This document shows, piece after piece, positions 1-10,817 of a stretch of 64,000 nt of DNA (the first letter of the stretch is position 1; each line of letters opens with the position of its first letter). The notes under the pieces were generated by a model that worked only from the letters and a program-made list of their open reading frames with translations, made no database searches and was not told where the DNA came from. Source of the stretch: a virus; IMG/VR virus record IMGVR_UViG_3300036770_008715, positions 64,001 through 128,000 of that record. One strand, written 5' to 3'. The position numbers were made by a program, and so were the translations under genes.

Positions 1-1397
1 CCAGCTGAACCTTGTACTCCTTGAAATCCTTGAGGCCCAGCTGAACCTTGTACTCCTTGAAATCCTTGTGGACCGACAGCGCCTTGTACTCCTTGGAATC
101 CTTGTGGACCAGCTGAACCTTGTCGACCTTGAAATCCTTGTGGACCAACTGCTCCTTGGACTCCCTGGAATCCTTGAAATCCTTGAGCTCCAACAGCACC
201 TTGTACTCCTTGGAATCCTTGAGCCCCGACAGCACCTTGTCTGCCTTGTTGACCTTGAACTCCTTGGAAACCTTGAGCTCCAACTGCACCTTGCGGTCCT
301 TGAGTTCCTGGAGTACCCGCTAGGTTAATCGTCCAAAAAGTGAATGTGCCAGATCCACTAGTTGAAGTTGCATTGATATCTAGAGAGCCAGTACCAGAAT
401 TATAGCTGGTAACAGTACCCTCAACATAGTTCGTTGATGTGTTAGCTGCTCGAACAGTCTGGGAAGTAGAATATGCTAGTCCAGTTGCAACAGTGAATAC
501 TTTCGAGCCAGTTCCAATAGTAATAGATGTTGTACTAGTGGTTGCATACTTATCGCCAGCGGTTCCTTGAATTCCCTGATGACCTTGAAATCCCCGTTGG
601 CCCTGGATACCTTGAAACCCTTGAGCCCCGACAGCACCTTGTCTGCCTTGTTGACCTTGAACTCCTTGAAATCCTTGAGCTCCAACAGCACCTTGTACTC
701 CTTGGAAACCTTGTGGACCAGCTGATCCTTGTCTGCCTTGTTGACCTTGAACTCCTTGGAACCCTTGTGGACCAATATCACCTTGAACTCCTTGGAATCC
801 TTGTGGACCAATATCACCTTGAACTCCTTGGAATCCTTGAGGCCCAGCTGAACCTTGTCGACCTTGAAATCCTTGAGCTCCAGCGGCTCCTTGAATACCC
901 TGGAATCCTTGAGGCCCAGCTGAACCTTGTCGACCTTGAAATCCTTGTGGACCGACAGCGCCTTGGACTCCTTGGAATCCTTGAGGCCCAGCTGAACCTT
1001 GTACTCCTTGGAATCCTTGCGCACCAACAGCACCTTGGACTCCCTGGAATCCTTGAGCCCCGACAGCACCCTGTCTGCCTTGTTGACCTTGCGCTCCAAC
1101 TGATCCTTGTCTACCTTGAGAACCTTGAACACCAGTTGCAGTAAACTGAATATTGGCATTACCACCAATACCTGCAGTCACTGATACTGTGACTGTTGCG
1201 CTATTGCGGAAGTTAAGGCTATCAGCTGTAACTGTCGATGCGCTATCAACTGAAACTGGAATATCAGCTAGGCCACCGCCTCCACCAGAACCAGCATAAT
1301 TATCTGTGCGCCAAGAGAATCCGTCCCAAGTCCAGACAGTACCGTCTTCGGCTGTAAATGTATTTCCTACTACTGGTGAACTTGGAAAATCTGCCAT
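1..1397 (-). CDS. Collagen-like tail fibre protein, 5' part (runs off the left window edge; absent from the ORF track)
   Basis: Manual translation from ATG at 1397: MADFPSSPVVGNTFTAEDGTVWTWDGFSW...LNFRNSATVTVSV...GNANIQFT, then G-X-Q repeats (QGSQGRQG/QGFQGVQG) and a GDKYATTSTTS...WTINLAG domain. The frame stays open to position 1. Confidence 0.9.
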   Translation of the reverse strand, partial: MADFPSSPVVGNTFTAEDGTVWTWDGFSWRTDNYAGSGGGGGLADIPVSVDSASTVTADSLNFRNSATVTVSVTAGIGGNANIQFTATGVQGSQGRQGSVGAQGQQGRQGAVGAQGFQGVQGAVGAQGFQGVQGSAGPQGFQGVQGAVGPQGFQGRQGSAGPQGFQGIQGAAGAQGFQGRQGSAGPQGFQGVQGDIGPQGFQGVQGDIGPQGFQGVQGQQGRQGSAGPQGFQGVQGAVGAQGFQGVQGQQGRQGAVGAQGFQGIQGQRGFQGHQGIQGTAGDKYATTSTTSITIGTGSKVFTVATGLAYSTSQTVRAANTSTNYVEGTVTSYNSGTGSLDINATSTSGSGTFTFWTINLAGTPGTQGPQGAVGAQGFQGVQGQQGRQGAVGAQGFQGVQGAVGAQGFQGFQGVQGAVGPQGFQGRQGSAGPQGFQGVQGAVGPQGFQGVQGSAGPQGFQGVQGSA

Positions 1398-1400
1398 CTA

Positions 1401-2435
1401 TTATACCATGTAAATTAAAACTACTAATCCTGGATTTCCATTTGAACCTACAGAGTTGTTTCCACCAGGTCCACCTTGGCCTGCAGTTCCATTATAATCT
1501 ATATCACCAGTGTTTGGTGGGTTTTGTGTTGATGCGTTTCCGTTTGTACCAGTTCCGCCTTGCTGACTATCAGTTAAAGTTCCGCTGACATAATTGGAAC
1601 CTCCGCCGCCTCCGCCGCCGCCTTCACCACCAGTACCTGTTTGACCTGATTCACCACCACCACCGCCATAATAACCTGCACCGCCACCACCGCCTGCACC
1701 AGAGTCGTTGTTAGATGTACCTGATCCTACTCCTGAGGCTCCGCCATATGGACTTCCGCCTGGTTCGCCACCGCCAGTTCCTCCGCCAGCTACGTTTCCA
1801 CCATCCCCACCGTTAAATCTGCCGTCAACTTCTCCATTCTCACCGTCGCTTCCTGTTCCTTGTCCACCAGAACCACCAGGTCCACCAGCAGATTGAGTGC
1901 CACCATCTCCGCCGTTACCTCCGTTACCAGAGGCTCTTGCTCCTGAAGCTCCTGTATCTCCTCCTCCACCGCCTCCAACTCCACCGTCTTCGTTGGCAGC
2001 GTCACCGTTTCCTCCGCCTCCACCACCAGCACCAGCAAGAATTAATTCTGCACCTGAAGTGCCGACTGTTCCTCGAAAGATTCCAGTCAATCCGCCACCA
2101 GAACCTCCCATGTCACCGCCACCAGCAGACTGAGAAGTTCCACCAAGACCACCACCACCAACACAAACGTTTAATGTTTCGCCTGGAGTTACTGTAATTG
2201 TGCCCTGAGCATATCCACCACCGCCACCATCACCACCAATACCACCATTAACAGAACTAAATCCACCACCACCACCAGCACCCCATGCTTTAACAGTAAC
2301 AGAGGTGACACCAGCAGGAACCGTCCAAGGAGTGCTATTTGTTTGAGTATCAAATACTTCTTTAAATTCTTGCGTAGTGACTGCTGGCGCACCGAATCCA
2401 TGCACATGGGTTGCAACTGACAGCAAATAAGACAT
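1401..2435 (-). CDS. Glycine-rich adhesin-like protein (polyglycine-II sandwich, gp38/ALK GlyR-like)
   Basis: WTVPAGVTSVTVKAWGAGGGGG...ITVTPGETLNVCVGGGG...GGGGGSNY...GLVVLIY pattern typical of phage glycine-rich domains. Confidence 0.75.
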   Translation of the reverse strand: MSYLLSVATHVHGFGAPAVTTQEFKEVFDTQTNSTPWTVPAGVTSVTVKAWGAGGGGGFSSVNGGIGGDGGGGGYAQGTITVTPGETLNVCVGGGGLGGTSQSAGGGDMGGSGGGLTGIFRGTVGTSGAELILAGAGGGGGGNGDAANEDGGVGGGGGGDTGASGARASGNGGNGGDGGTQSAGGPGGSGGQGTGSDGENGEVDGRFNGGDGGNVAGGGTGGGEPGGSPYGGASGVGSGTSNNDSGAGGGGGAGYYGGGGGESGQTGTGGEGGGGGGGGSNYVSGTLTDSQQGGTGTNGNASTQNPPNTGDIDYNGTAGQGGPGGNNSVGSNGNPGLVVLIYMV

Positions 2436-2436
2436 T

Positions 2437-2805
2437 TTAGATCAGATCTCTAATTTTAATTTTGTATTCTTCAAGAGTAATTGTTGGTTGTTGCTCAAGA
2501 GTTAGTAATCGATTTTCTTGATTGAACAATGCAGTCATCACGGCTCTTTCGATGGAATTAACCCAACTAGTTTTTCTGCTTAATATTTCTTCAGGCGTAA
2601 AATCAACAATTATCCAACCGCGAAGAACCTGAGTTTCTTGGACAGTAACTGTTCCGATAGCATTCTGCAGTTCTGGATTGTATGGTGGTCTTTCTTCATC
2701 AACAACAGGAAGCCATCTCCAGCCTGGTTTTGTTTGAACTTCTGGATCGACATTTGATTGAATTCGATCCACAGTATCTTCTGGACTAATTAGAGCGTAT
2801 AACAT
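2437..2805 (-). CDS. Hypothetical protein, possible tail fibre assembly chaperone
   Basis: 122 aa, translationally coupled between a fibre gene and an adhesin gene; WLPVV..RPPYNPELQ motif resembles fibre-assembly proteins. Confidence 0.5.
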   Translation of the reverse strand: MLYALISPEDTVDRIQSNVDPEVQTKPGWRWLPVVDEERPPYNPELQNAIGTVTVQETQVLRGWIIVDFTPEEILSRKTSWVNSIERAVMTALFNQENRLLTLEQQPTITLEEYKIKIRDLI

Positions 2806-5800
2806 TAGGTGTCGTCCTGTGCATCTGTTGTTACAAATAACGTTATACCAATCAATCTTGCATCTACACCAAGTGTATCGTTACCATCACCAGTCACTCG
2901 AGAAACCTGAAAGAAAGTAATATCTTCGGGAGTCGGAGTTCCTGCTATTGTCACAGCACCAGATATTGGAGATACATGTATATCATCGGCAGCTATGAAT
3001 GTGTCTTGAACGTTGACCGCAGTTCCAAATGCTGTATCAATTGGATCATCATCACTCAATGAAACGCCAGCAAGGCTCCAAGTTACGCCACCTGATCCTG
3101 ATGCTGCTGTCCATGCTGCTTGATATGTGATAGTACCCTCGTCCCAAGACTTTGGCATTCGAATTGAAAACTGAACAAACTCTTGGGTTGTTGTATCAAA
3201 ATCATATGTTTTGACCATAACATTATTTGTTGTTGATTCTGTTGTGGTTGAACCTGCACCAGCTGTTGTTCTTGGTAGCATTGTCTGAGCTGGAACCCAG
3301 ATAGTTCTTAGGCCAACACCACCAGCTGAGCCTTGGATACCTTGGAATCCTTGAGCACCAACAGCACCCTGAATACCTTGGAACCCTTGCGCTCCTGCTG
3401 CTCCTTGAATACCTTGTGAACCTTGAGCGCCTACTGCTCCTTGAATTCCCTGGAACCCTTGCGCTCCAGCAGCACCTTGAATACCCTGGAACCCTTGCGC
3501 TCCTGCTGCTCCTTGAATACCTTGTGAACCTTGAGCGCCTACTGCTCCTTGAATACCCTGGAAACCTTGAGCACCAACAGCACCCTGGAAACCTTGAGCT
3601 CCTTGCACACCCTGTGCGCCTTGAGCACCACCACCACCGCCACCAAGATTGGGTACAATATCTACACCAGCAACGATCAGATTGCCAGAGATATTGACAG
3701 TGTTGGCGTAAAACTCAACGTTGGCATTGCCGTCAGTTGGTCCAATGATTATATTTGTTTTAGACCCAGCAGTTCCGTCAGTTCCTATTCTAACGTTTTT
3801 GGTTGCTGTTGCTTCAGTGGCGCCAAAGGCAATGTTTGCTTCTGTATCACCAACACCACCGCCGATTTCTATTCTAGCGTTACCAGAAGTTCTATATGCT
3901 TGCGATGCTGATATAAATGGAGCAGATAATGTAGCAGTTGACCCACTCACTGTGACACTTCCGCTGGTTGTGACAGTACCAGATGATGTTACTGTAAATT
4001 GCTGCGTACTACCAACTTGCAATTCATTAGAGACAACTCCTTCTGTTACAATGACATCACCCCAAACAAAAACATCGTCTTTAAAGGAACCTTTTCCTGT
4101 CACTGAAAATTGTTTGGCATCAACTGTAACACCATTTATTAAATACTCAATAATATCATCAGTTTGGGTTCCAACAAGATACATTCTATTGTTTGGATAT
4201 GCGACATATATGCCAGTGACGCTGCCTTCAGAAGAATAGACTGCTTTCACATCTCTTATTCTCTTTCTGTTTTCAGTGAAAACTGCACCAGATATATTCC
4301 ACGCAGTTGGTAGAAAGAATTCATAGATATAATCGTTGGTTATTCCAACCAGATACATATATTTTCCATCTGGGGAAAATGACAATGATTGAAGAGAAGT
4401 ATCTACTCCAGGAGTTAGTGAAATTGAATCGTAGGTCAAAGAAGCTGCTGTCAAATCCCAAGGAGTTGACATAGTAAATTGCCAAATTATAGATGTAGAA
4501 CAAACCCACAATTTAGTCCCATCAGGTTTGAAATACATTCCTGATGGAGAAGTAGTTTGAATTGCACCAGAAACTGTATTGGAGTTGGTTGTGAATGTTG
4601 CAGTTGTAACATCCCAAGGAGTGCTTAGATCATACCAAGTGATGTCATTACCAGTATCACCAAGAACATACATCACATTGCCTTCAGGAACTCTGAATGC
4701 TAAATCTACAACAGCTGTTTCTTGAGCACTAATATTATAGGATGTTGTTGTTGTTGCCGTCGCTAAATTCCATGCTTCACTCAGTTCTATTTGATATACT
4801 AACTCTGGCGTTTGATCTGAAACATATAATCTAGTACCGCTAGTGTTGGCAAAAATTCCAGAAGGAGTTCCATTACCAGCTGGTAGAGGATAAATATTAC
4901 CATCTCTATTATGGACCCATTCTAACATTCCTCCAGTGGTTTCAATTTTGGTATTATCACTGGTATATAATGCATCGGATACAATAATATTACTGGATGC
5001 GATTAGATTACCAGTAACATTTGCTCGGCCACTCACAGTAAGCGATTCAGTACTGGAACTTCCAGTTACTGTAATTGAAGTAGAAATGATACCACCACTT
5101 GATTGAATTGTAGTTTGACCAGTGCTCCCAAACCTCGAAACGCCAGTGACTCGAAGGTCATCTTCTACTACAATTTCTCTATAAAATTTTACAGTGTTTG
5201 CAAAGGAAGCTGCGCCATTTACGTGCAATTTTCTAGACTCAACTGTCATTCCACCATATAAATCAAACTCAGCAACATCATCTGCAACAGAACCGACAAT
5301 ATAGAGCCTATTATTTGGGTAGGCAAAATACATTCCTGCTGGTATAATTTCTTCATATGGAACTGATACTGATGTATCAGTCGCAGATAATCTTTTTCCT
5401 GTTGGTGTTGCACCAACAATATTCCATGCAGTCGGCAATGTATATTCTATGATCTTATCAGCACTTTCACCAAGGACATACAAAAGTTTACCATCGGGCG
5501 TCAATGATATTGAATATGGAGTGGTTTCTTGGCTAGTTGTAATTACGTTTTGTAGGACGTTAGTTGTTGCAGTTGCCACGTTCCATGGAGAAGACATTGT
5601 ATATTGGTAAACGTTTGCTGCTCCTGTTCTAGTAACCGCAAAAAACATCGTACCATCTGGTTTGAAAAAGAACCCTTCCCAATTTCCTGTTCCAAGAGAA
5701 TAATTATTTGATGTTGATACAGTTGCAGTTGCTACGTTCCATGGAGTGCTCAAATCATATGTGGTTATATCATCTCCACTGTTGCCAAGAAGGTACATAA

Positions 5801-6206
5801 CATTACCTTCTGGCCTAAAGAATACATCAATAGGAGTAGCTTCTTGAGAGGCGACGTTTAATGTTTGTGTTAGAGTTGCTGTTGATATTTCCCATGGTGT
5901 GGATAGTTCCAGCTGATGAACAACATCCACAAGACCAGCAGCTAAGGCACTATTTTGATCGACAACATATACTCTTGTTCCATCAGTATTAGCAAAAACG
6001 CCACTTAATTGACCATTAAGAATACTTAATCCTGCTCTAAACGACGCCTCTTCTATACCATATGTCGTTTTAAGTCTTGCATTGGCACTAGTGTGGAATG
6101 CATCAGTTGCAATGATATTACTGGATCCGATTAGGTTCCCAGTAACGGTTGCACCACTGCTTACATTAAGCGTTCCAGTTACTGTGGTTGAAAGTAAATC
6201 AGCCAT
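2805..6206 (-). CDS. Tail fibre/adhesin: two tandem beta-propellers, short collagen segment, C-terminal beta-sandwich
   Basis: About 50-aa blades with [YI]xLSTPWx[VI]xTAT and FKPDGT motifs in two blocks; (GAQGFQGIQ)n segment. Confidence 0.8.
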   Translation of the reverse strand: MADLLSTTVTGTLNVSSGATVTGNLIGSSNIIATDAFHTSANARLKTTYGIEEASFRAGLSILNGQLSGVFANTDGTRVYVVDQNSALAAGLVDVVHQLELSTPWEISTATLTQTLNVASQEATPIDVFFRPEGNVMYLLGNSGDDITTYDLSTPWNVATATVSTSNNYSLGTGNWEGFFFKPDGTMFFAVTRTGAANVYQYTMSSPWNVATATTNVLQNVITTSQETTPYSISLTPDGKLLYVLGESADKIIEYTLPTAWNIVGATPTGKRLSATDTSVSVPYEEIIPAGMYFAYPNNRLYIVGSVADDVAEFDLYGGMTVESRKLHVNGAASFANTVKFYREIVVEDDLRVTGVSRFGSTGQTTIQSSGGIISTSITVTGSSSTESLTVSGRANVTGNLIASSNIIVSDALYTSDNTKIETTGGMLEWVHNRDGNIYPLPAGNGTPSGIFANTSGTRLYVSDQTPELVYQIELSEAWNLATATTTTSYNISAQETAVVDLAFRVPEGNVMYVLGDTGNDITWYDLSTPWDVTTATFTTNSNTVSGAIQTTSPSGMYFKPDGTKLWVCSTSIIWQFTMSTPWDLTAASLTYDSISLTPGVDTSLQSLSFSPDGKYMYLVGITNDYIYEFFLPTAWNISGAVFTENRKRIRDVKAVYSSEGSVTGIYVAYPNNRMYLVGTQTDDIIEYLINGVTVDAKQFSVTGKGSFKDDVFVWGDVIVTEGVVSNELQVGSTQQFTVTSSGTVTTSGSVTVSGSTATLSAPFISASQAYRTSGNARIEIGGGVGDTEANIAFGATEATATKNVRIGTDGTAGSKTNIIIGPTDGNANVEFYANTVNISGNLIVAGVDIVPNLGGGGGGAQGAQGVQGAQGFQGAVGAQGFQGIQGAVGAQGSQGIQGAAGAQGFQGIQGAAGAQGFQGIQGAVGAQGSQGIQGAAGAQGFQGIQGAVGAQGFQGIQGSAGGVGLRTIWVPAQTMLPRTTAGAGSTTTESTTNNVMVKTYDFDTTTQEFVQFSIRMPKSWDEGTITYQAAWTAASGSGGVTWSLAGVSLSDDDPIDTAFGTAVNVQDTFIAADDIHVSPISGAVTIAGTPTPEDITFFQVSRVTGDGNDTLGVDARLIGITLFVTTDAQDDT

Positions 6207-6233
6207 GGGTATCTCTTGAGAATAGTTGTTTAG

Positions 6234-6241
6234 TATTTATC
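6234..6241 (-). promoter_or_regulatory. T4-type late promoter (GATAAATA)
   Basis: TAAATA core overlapping the upstream stop codon, 27 nt before ATG 6206. Confidence 0.6.
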
Positions 6242-8339
6242 ATACTTCTTTGAGCCCACCAACCCATATATCCGAGTTTGCATGGACTTTCATCTGGGCC
6301 AATAGTTCCTTTTCGCTGAAATAGCCAGCCTGTATCGTGCCGTCTTCAAATATCTGCATGACTTTTCTTTGTGGAGTTGGGTTCAGATCAACAGCATAGA
6401 AATTGTCGCCTTTTGATGTGTTTATGTTTCCTCTATTATAAAATATACCAGGCTGACCTGAAGTTATAGCAGTATTAGAAACTTGATCGATCTGGACTCC
6501 ATTTTTATATGCTGTAAGCGTAGAACCTTGCACTCTTAATTTTATAATATCACCAGCCACGAATGTTATATTAGTTGTTCCTATAATTATTTTTGTGGAA
6601 TTATCTTTAATATATGCAATTCTTCTATCACTATTATTAGTACCATCAGAACTAATAGCATAACATCCATTTGCAATTATTCTAACAGCTGGACCTAAAG
6701 AATCAAAAGTTGCTCTAGTGGCTATTCTTATTTCAGCTTCATGATCATCGGAAAAATTTACAGTGGCTTCGGCAACCTTTGCGTATGAATCTGAAGTTAC
6801 TGCATCAAATGTATTGGCAGTTATTCTGAATCCGCCTCTAATTATTTCCCAATCTGGACCTAATTCTCCATAATTAGCATTTGCTAACGTGGCATATGCT
6901 TCTGTATTTGCTCGATTGAAATTATCTGAGAAACTCTGGTAGATCCCAGTCTCTTTGAATCTCTCAGCTTGTAGTATGTATTTTGGTGCTTCTTTGATTG
7001 CGAATGCATAGGATGCAACATAATTTATTGTTCCACTGGCTGTAATATTAGATCGCCTTGATCCTGTATTACCTGCAACTGGCCTTCTCTCATAAGCTAT
7101 AGCTGCCCCTACAGCTGCATATGACACTCTAGTTCTTTTATATAAAATCTGAGTAGTTTCTGGCGCGGATGCGAATACATCATTAGCAGCCAAAAAATTA
7201 CTATCTTTTCCTGTAGTATAATACATCACCAGAGAATTATTATAATTTGTAGTTATTCCCGAAATAGCTTGAGTATCAGTTGTATTTGTTAATTTCGTAT
7301 CTATTGGGTTGTTCTTGTCAGCTCCAATCACACGGAACATCCAACCAACATCATCTTCATTATCTTGAGGTGCACTAAAAGAATAACTTACTGGCTCATT
7401 ATTTGCTATTCTGTATCCAACCCAAGTTGCAATGTTGAAGTTACCATTGAGGTTTTTATCCCAATTTGTAACTAGTGTAGTCCAATTAGTTGGGGGTGTT
7501 CCAACAAATGGGTTATTGTCAGTCGATCCAAAAAGAAATGCTAGTAATAGATCACCATCCATTGTATTTGCTGGGACATTGATAGTTAATGTCGCGTTGT
7601 TGGAGAAATTAGTAACGCTAGCATAAGTATATCCATTGGCAGTAAGATCAAGTTCAACTCTTTCGCGAATCCATGGATTGAACACGAGCAAATTGCTATA
7701 GAAAAGTGTACTGGTATCTCCAGTGACAGTTAGCCTTTCTTCTTTGACGTCATTATCATACACTTTATCAAATATACCAAAACTAAAATCGTTTAAAGAG
7801 TTAACATAATCTCTTCTTATTGTCCAACCAGAAGTTGCAGAAAATGGTGGTGGAGATGGGCTATTTGATGTTAATGTTGCTATAGCAAAACTGCCGCTTC
7901 TAGCCTTTACTGTAAATGGTACTGATACTGTTAAAGCTGGTGATGCACTTTTAGTGTTTAGATATATTGGATTTTCTTGATCAACACCAGAAAGGGTGTA
8001 TAGTGTAATTGCTCTTCCTCCACCTGCTTCGTTTGGAGTTGCACTAAATGTTATTGACTGAGATCCTGCTGGTATATCCTTTTCTAGAAGATAGAAAACC
8101 AAATTAACAGCAAGTCCAGATCCTGTTTGTGGACCTCTTAATGAAGATGATGCCAGAGTAAACTGCGCAGATCCCATCGAAAGAGTAAATGTAGGTGTAT
8201 CATAATATGAACCACCTTCATATCCCATAACAGCAACAACAACTCTACTTCTACCCGATTCTGCAGTATATGTTGTTGGAACATTATTAGCTGAAAATGG
8301 AGTACCAAGAATTTGTATTTTATTATTATAAATTGGCAT
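6240..8339 (-). CDS. Multidomain fibre-associated protein (beta-sandwich/lectin-like domains)
   Basis: 699 aa; VPANTMDGDLLLAF-type domain and SDNFNRAN...VQGSTLTAYKNG ConA-like domain; end motifs shared with 11739-13256. Confidence 0.6.
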   Translation of the reverse strand: MPIYNNKIQILGTPFSANNVPTTYTAESGRSRVVVAVMGYEGGSYYDTPTFTLSMGSAQFTLASSSLRGPQTGSGLAVNLVFYLLEKDIPAGSQSITFSATPNEAGGGRAITLYTLSGVDQENPIYLNTKSASPALTVSVPFTVKARSGSFAIATLTSNSPSPPPFSATSGWTIRRDYVNSLNDFSFGIFDKVYDNDVKEERLTVTGDTSTLFYSNLLVFNPWIRERVELDLTANGYTYASVTNFSNNATLTINVPANTMDGDLLLAFLFGSTDNNPFVGTPPTNWTTLVTNWDKNLNGNFNIATWVGYRIANNEPVSYSFSAPQDNEDDVGWMFRVIGADKNNPIDTKLTNTTDTQAISGITTNYNNSLVMYYTTGKDSNFLAANDVFASAPETTQILYKRTRVSYAAVGAAIAYERRPVAGNTGSRRSNITASGTINYVASYAFAIKEAPKYILQAERFKETGIYQSFSDNFNRANTEAYATLANANYGELGPDWEIIRGGFRITANTFDAVTSDSYAKVAEATVNFSDDHEAEIRIATRATFDSLGPAVRIIANGCYAISSDGTNNSDRRIAYIKDNSTKIIIGTTNITFVAGDIIKLRVQGSTLTAYKNGVQIDQVSNTAITSGQPGIFYNRGNINTSKGDNFYAVDLNPTPQRKVMQIFEDGTIQAGYFSEKELLAQMKVHANSDIWVGGLKEV

Positions 8340-10813
8340 TAAAATCCACCAACTTTTACTTTCTTTGATTTATATGGTTTAATTGAAACAACAGCAAGAT
8401 ATTTGTTTCCTTCTGTTCCAGTCGATGTTGCAGTAATTGTTTTAGATCCGCCTGTATATTGAATCTTATCTGCAGTTGCTATTCTAAAGTCAGTTTCTTC
8501 AACTGGCTGCGCTCGGTCAACAACTACATCATAATTCCATCCCCATGTTCGAGCAGGCGAAGAGCTGACTGCAGTTGCTAGAACCATTGAACCTTCGCTA
8601 ACAGTAATTGTATTAGATACAGTTGTCACCACAGCCGTTGTTGTAACATTACCAAAGGCTTCAAAATCTCCAGGTTCAGCATTATTTAATTGCCATGCTT
8701 GCCAAGAGCAGACGTTGGTGCTAGCAATAGTTTCCATGGATATTTTCTTTGTTCCAGCTTCAGAAGCATCCATGAATCTCAGATTTTGTATGGTTGCTGT
8801 TACTGTTGCTGCTGTTCCAGTAGCATATCTACTAGCAATATAACAATATCTAAACGATGAGACTTCAGTTAGATCTATAGATAATGTTGTAACTAGATTA
8901 GAATAGTTTGAATCTTTATATATCTTACAATATGCGACTAAACCAATTCTACTCAACTCAATATAAAAGGGATTATTTAAATATATTTCTGGTCCATCGT
9001 ATGTTGAAATCTTAGTTGGAGATGTTACGATTGTTGCCGCAGAATCAAATTGAACTAATTGTAATTGTGCATTTGTGGAAGAAGTAGTTCTATTCCATCT
9101 TACTTGAATTGAAGGTTTTTCATTGTTCCCAACACCACCACCAATTGTTGTTTGTAAAGATATTGGAGTAAATACTGATGTGCTAGCAGTTGCTGCTGTT
9201 ATACTTATTGGCCCAATTTTGACTCTGAAATCTCCAGTTTTCCATTGTTCTCCGCAATCCAATCGATACCCAGTTTCTCCAGAACCAGCACCGCTCATTG
9301 TATTGATATTAATTTGATTATTGCCAGTCAATGTCAAGTCTGAGCCTGGATCAAATTCAACAAAGTCCTTGGCGAAATCCATTAGCTGACCGCCGCTATC
9401 TGGCACGTCATAATACCAAACAGAAAATGCATCAGTAATTAATGGCGGTCGAAGCGAGAGTTTCGGTGTCATTGGGACGCCATCAAATCGGCAGTTTGCC
9501 ATGGCTACTGTTTGGTCCTCAGAATATCCCATCACAACAATCTTTCTACGTGTTCCAGGATCAAATCTAAAATCGCCAGAATGTGATGTGCCAGAAACGG
9601 TATTGTTGAAATATCCAGCTGAAGAGATATGGAGTTTTCTTGGATTTCTTACTGGAGCAAAAACTGTATATGGATTGACAGCAGTAGTGGAATTAGTCCA
9701 AGTTGAAGCGAACCCAAACGATCCATTTAATGTGGATACTCTTGTGGCAGTATCGCCGTTATATCCTGCAACAGATAATCTCAAATTAGTTGCAGATTTT
9801 GTGCTCCAAGCAACAGCATATGTTTTATCTTTGATCAATTTAATTGGTGGATAAAATGTATTTCTATATACTGCAGTTGGACCTACATTTACTGAAGCAG
9901 TTCCTACTAATGGCGCCGCTGAAAAAGTATCACTTACATCATAAATTGCAATATCTAACGGCGAACCATCACCATAAATTGTAGTTGATCCTGTGCTGCA
10001 ACCAACTTCTCCAATTTCTTCATCTTCCTTGGCAAGAAATAATGGAAGAAATCTAGTTGGATTTCCGTAGTTCATAAATTGGCCAGTATTTCTTGTTATA
10101 TCTATGCCAGCTGCTCTAAAATAACCTCCGCCATAGTGACCCACAGCTTCTGTGTTTGGGACAATACTGAAAGTTAATGCTCTTTTATTATCTAATGTTC
10201 TGCCCCATAATATATTACCATAACTAGTATTTGTGCCAGGCCTGTCTTGATAGGAAACAATCAAAGAAGTTCGGTTTGTATTCGCTTTGGCAATTAAAGT
10301 CGTTCCGCTTGGGATATCGCTATCACTAAATGCAGTATTACTTTGGGAAGCGCAAACTGTCATTAGTAAAAACCCATCTCCACCACTAGGTGTTTGAGTT
10401 GGGTTACCAGAAGTTATTGCTGCTATACCATCAACGCTGGTATTACTAATAAAGGCTGAGCAGGGAGTAATTCTATGAGCACCCTCAACTCTCATTGCGA
10501 TAACGCAAAACTCTGCATCTGCAGTTGTACTAGTGGTTCTAATCCTGGCTACAGTTTCTTGGCCATTAGATATTTTTGTTCCGACATATATGTTTCCATA
10601 AAATGTACCAGCCTCATTAGTAGACAAAAATTGTTGATACCCATGAATATTTGCTGTATGGCCAGTTGTTGTTGTATTTCCTGATGCTATAAGGATTATT
10701 GTGTCGCCCTTTTTTCCAGGAGGTATTGGAAATTCAAAACTTCTTAATCCGCCATTAGTATTGGCAACAGTATATCCAACATTCAACGTGTTGTTAAACT
10801 TAACAACAGCCAT
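8339..10813 (-). CDS. Multidomain fibre-associated protein
   Basis: 824 aa, Thr/Ser/Asn-rich, beta-rich; domains paralogous to those of 6240-8339. Confidence 0.6.
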   Translation of the reverse strand: MAVVKFNNTLNVGYTVANTNGGLRSFEFPIPPGKKGDTIILIASGNTTTTGHTANIHGYQQFLSTNEAGTFYGNIYVGTKISNGQETVARIRTTSTTADAEFCVIAMRVEGAHRITPCSAFISNTSVDGIAAITSGNPTQTPSGGDGFLLMTVCASQSNTAFSDSDIPSGTTLIAKANTNRTSLIVSYQDRPGTNTSYGNILWGRTLDNKRALTFSIVPNTEAVGHYGGGYFRAAGIDITRNTGQFMNYGNPTRFLPLFLAKEDEEIGEVGCSTGSTTIYGDGSPLDIAIYDVSDTFSAAPLVGTASVNVGPTAVYRNTFYPPIKLIKDKTYAVAWSTKSATNLRLSVAGYNGDTATRVSTLNGSFGFASTWTNSTTAVNPYTVFAPVRNPRKLHISSAGYFNNTVSGTSHSGDFRFDPGTRRKIVVMGYSEDQTVAMANCRFDGVPMTPKLSLRPPLITDAFSVWYYDVPDSGGQLMDFAKDFVEFDPGSDLTLTGNNQININTMSGAGSGETGYRLDCGEQWKTGDFRVKIGPISITAATASTSVFTPISLQTTIGGGVGNNEKPSIQVRWNRTTSSTNAQLQLVQFDSAATIVTSPTKISTYDGPEIYLNNPFYIELSRIGLVAYCKIYKDSNYSNLVTTLSIDLTEVSSFRYCYIASRYATGTAATVTATIQNLRFMDASEAGTKKISMETIASTNVCSWQAWQLNNAEPGDFEAFGNVTTTAVVTTVSNTITVSEGSMVLATAVSSSPARTWGWNYDVVVDRAQPVEETDFRIATADKIQYTGGSKTITATSTGTEGNKYLAVVSIKPYKSKKVKVGGF

Positions 10814-10817
10814 AGTT

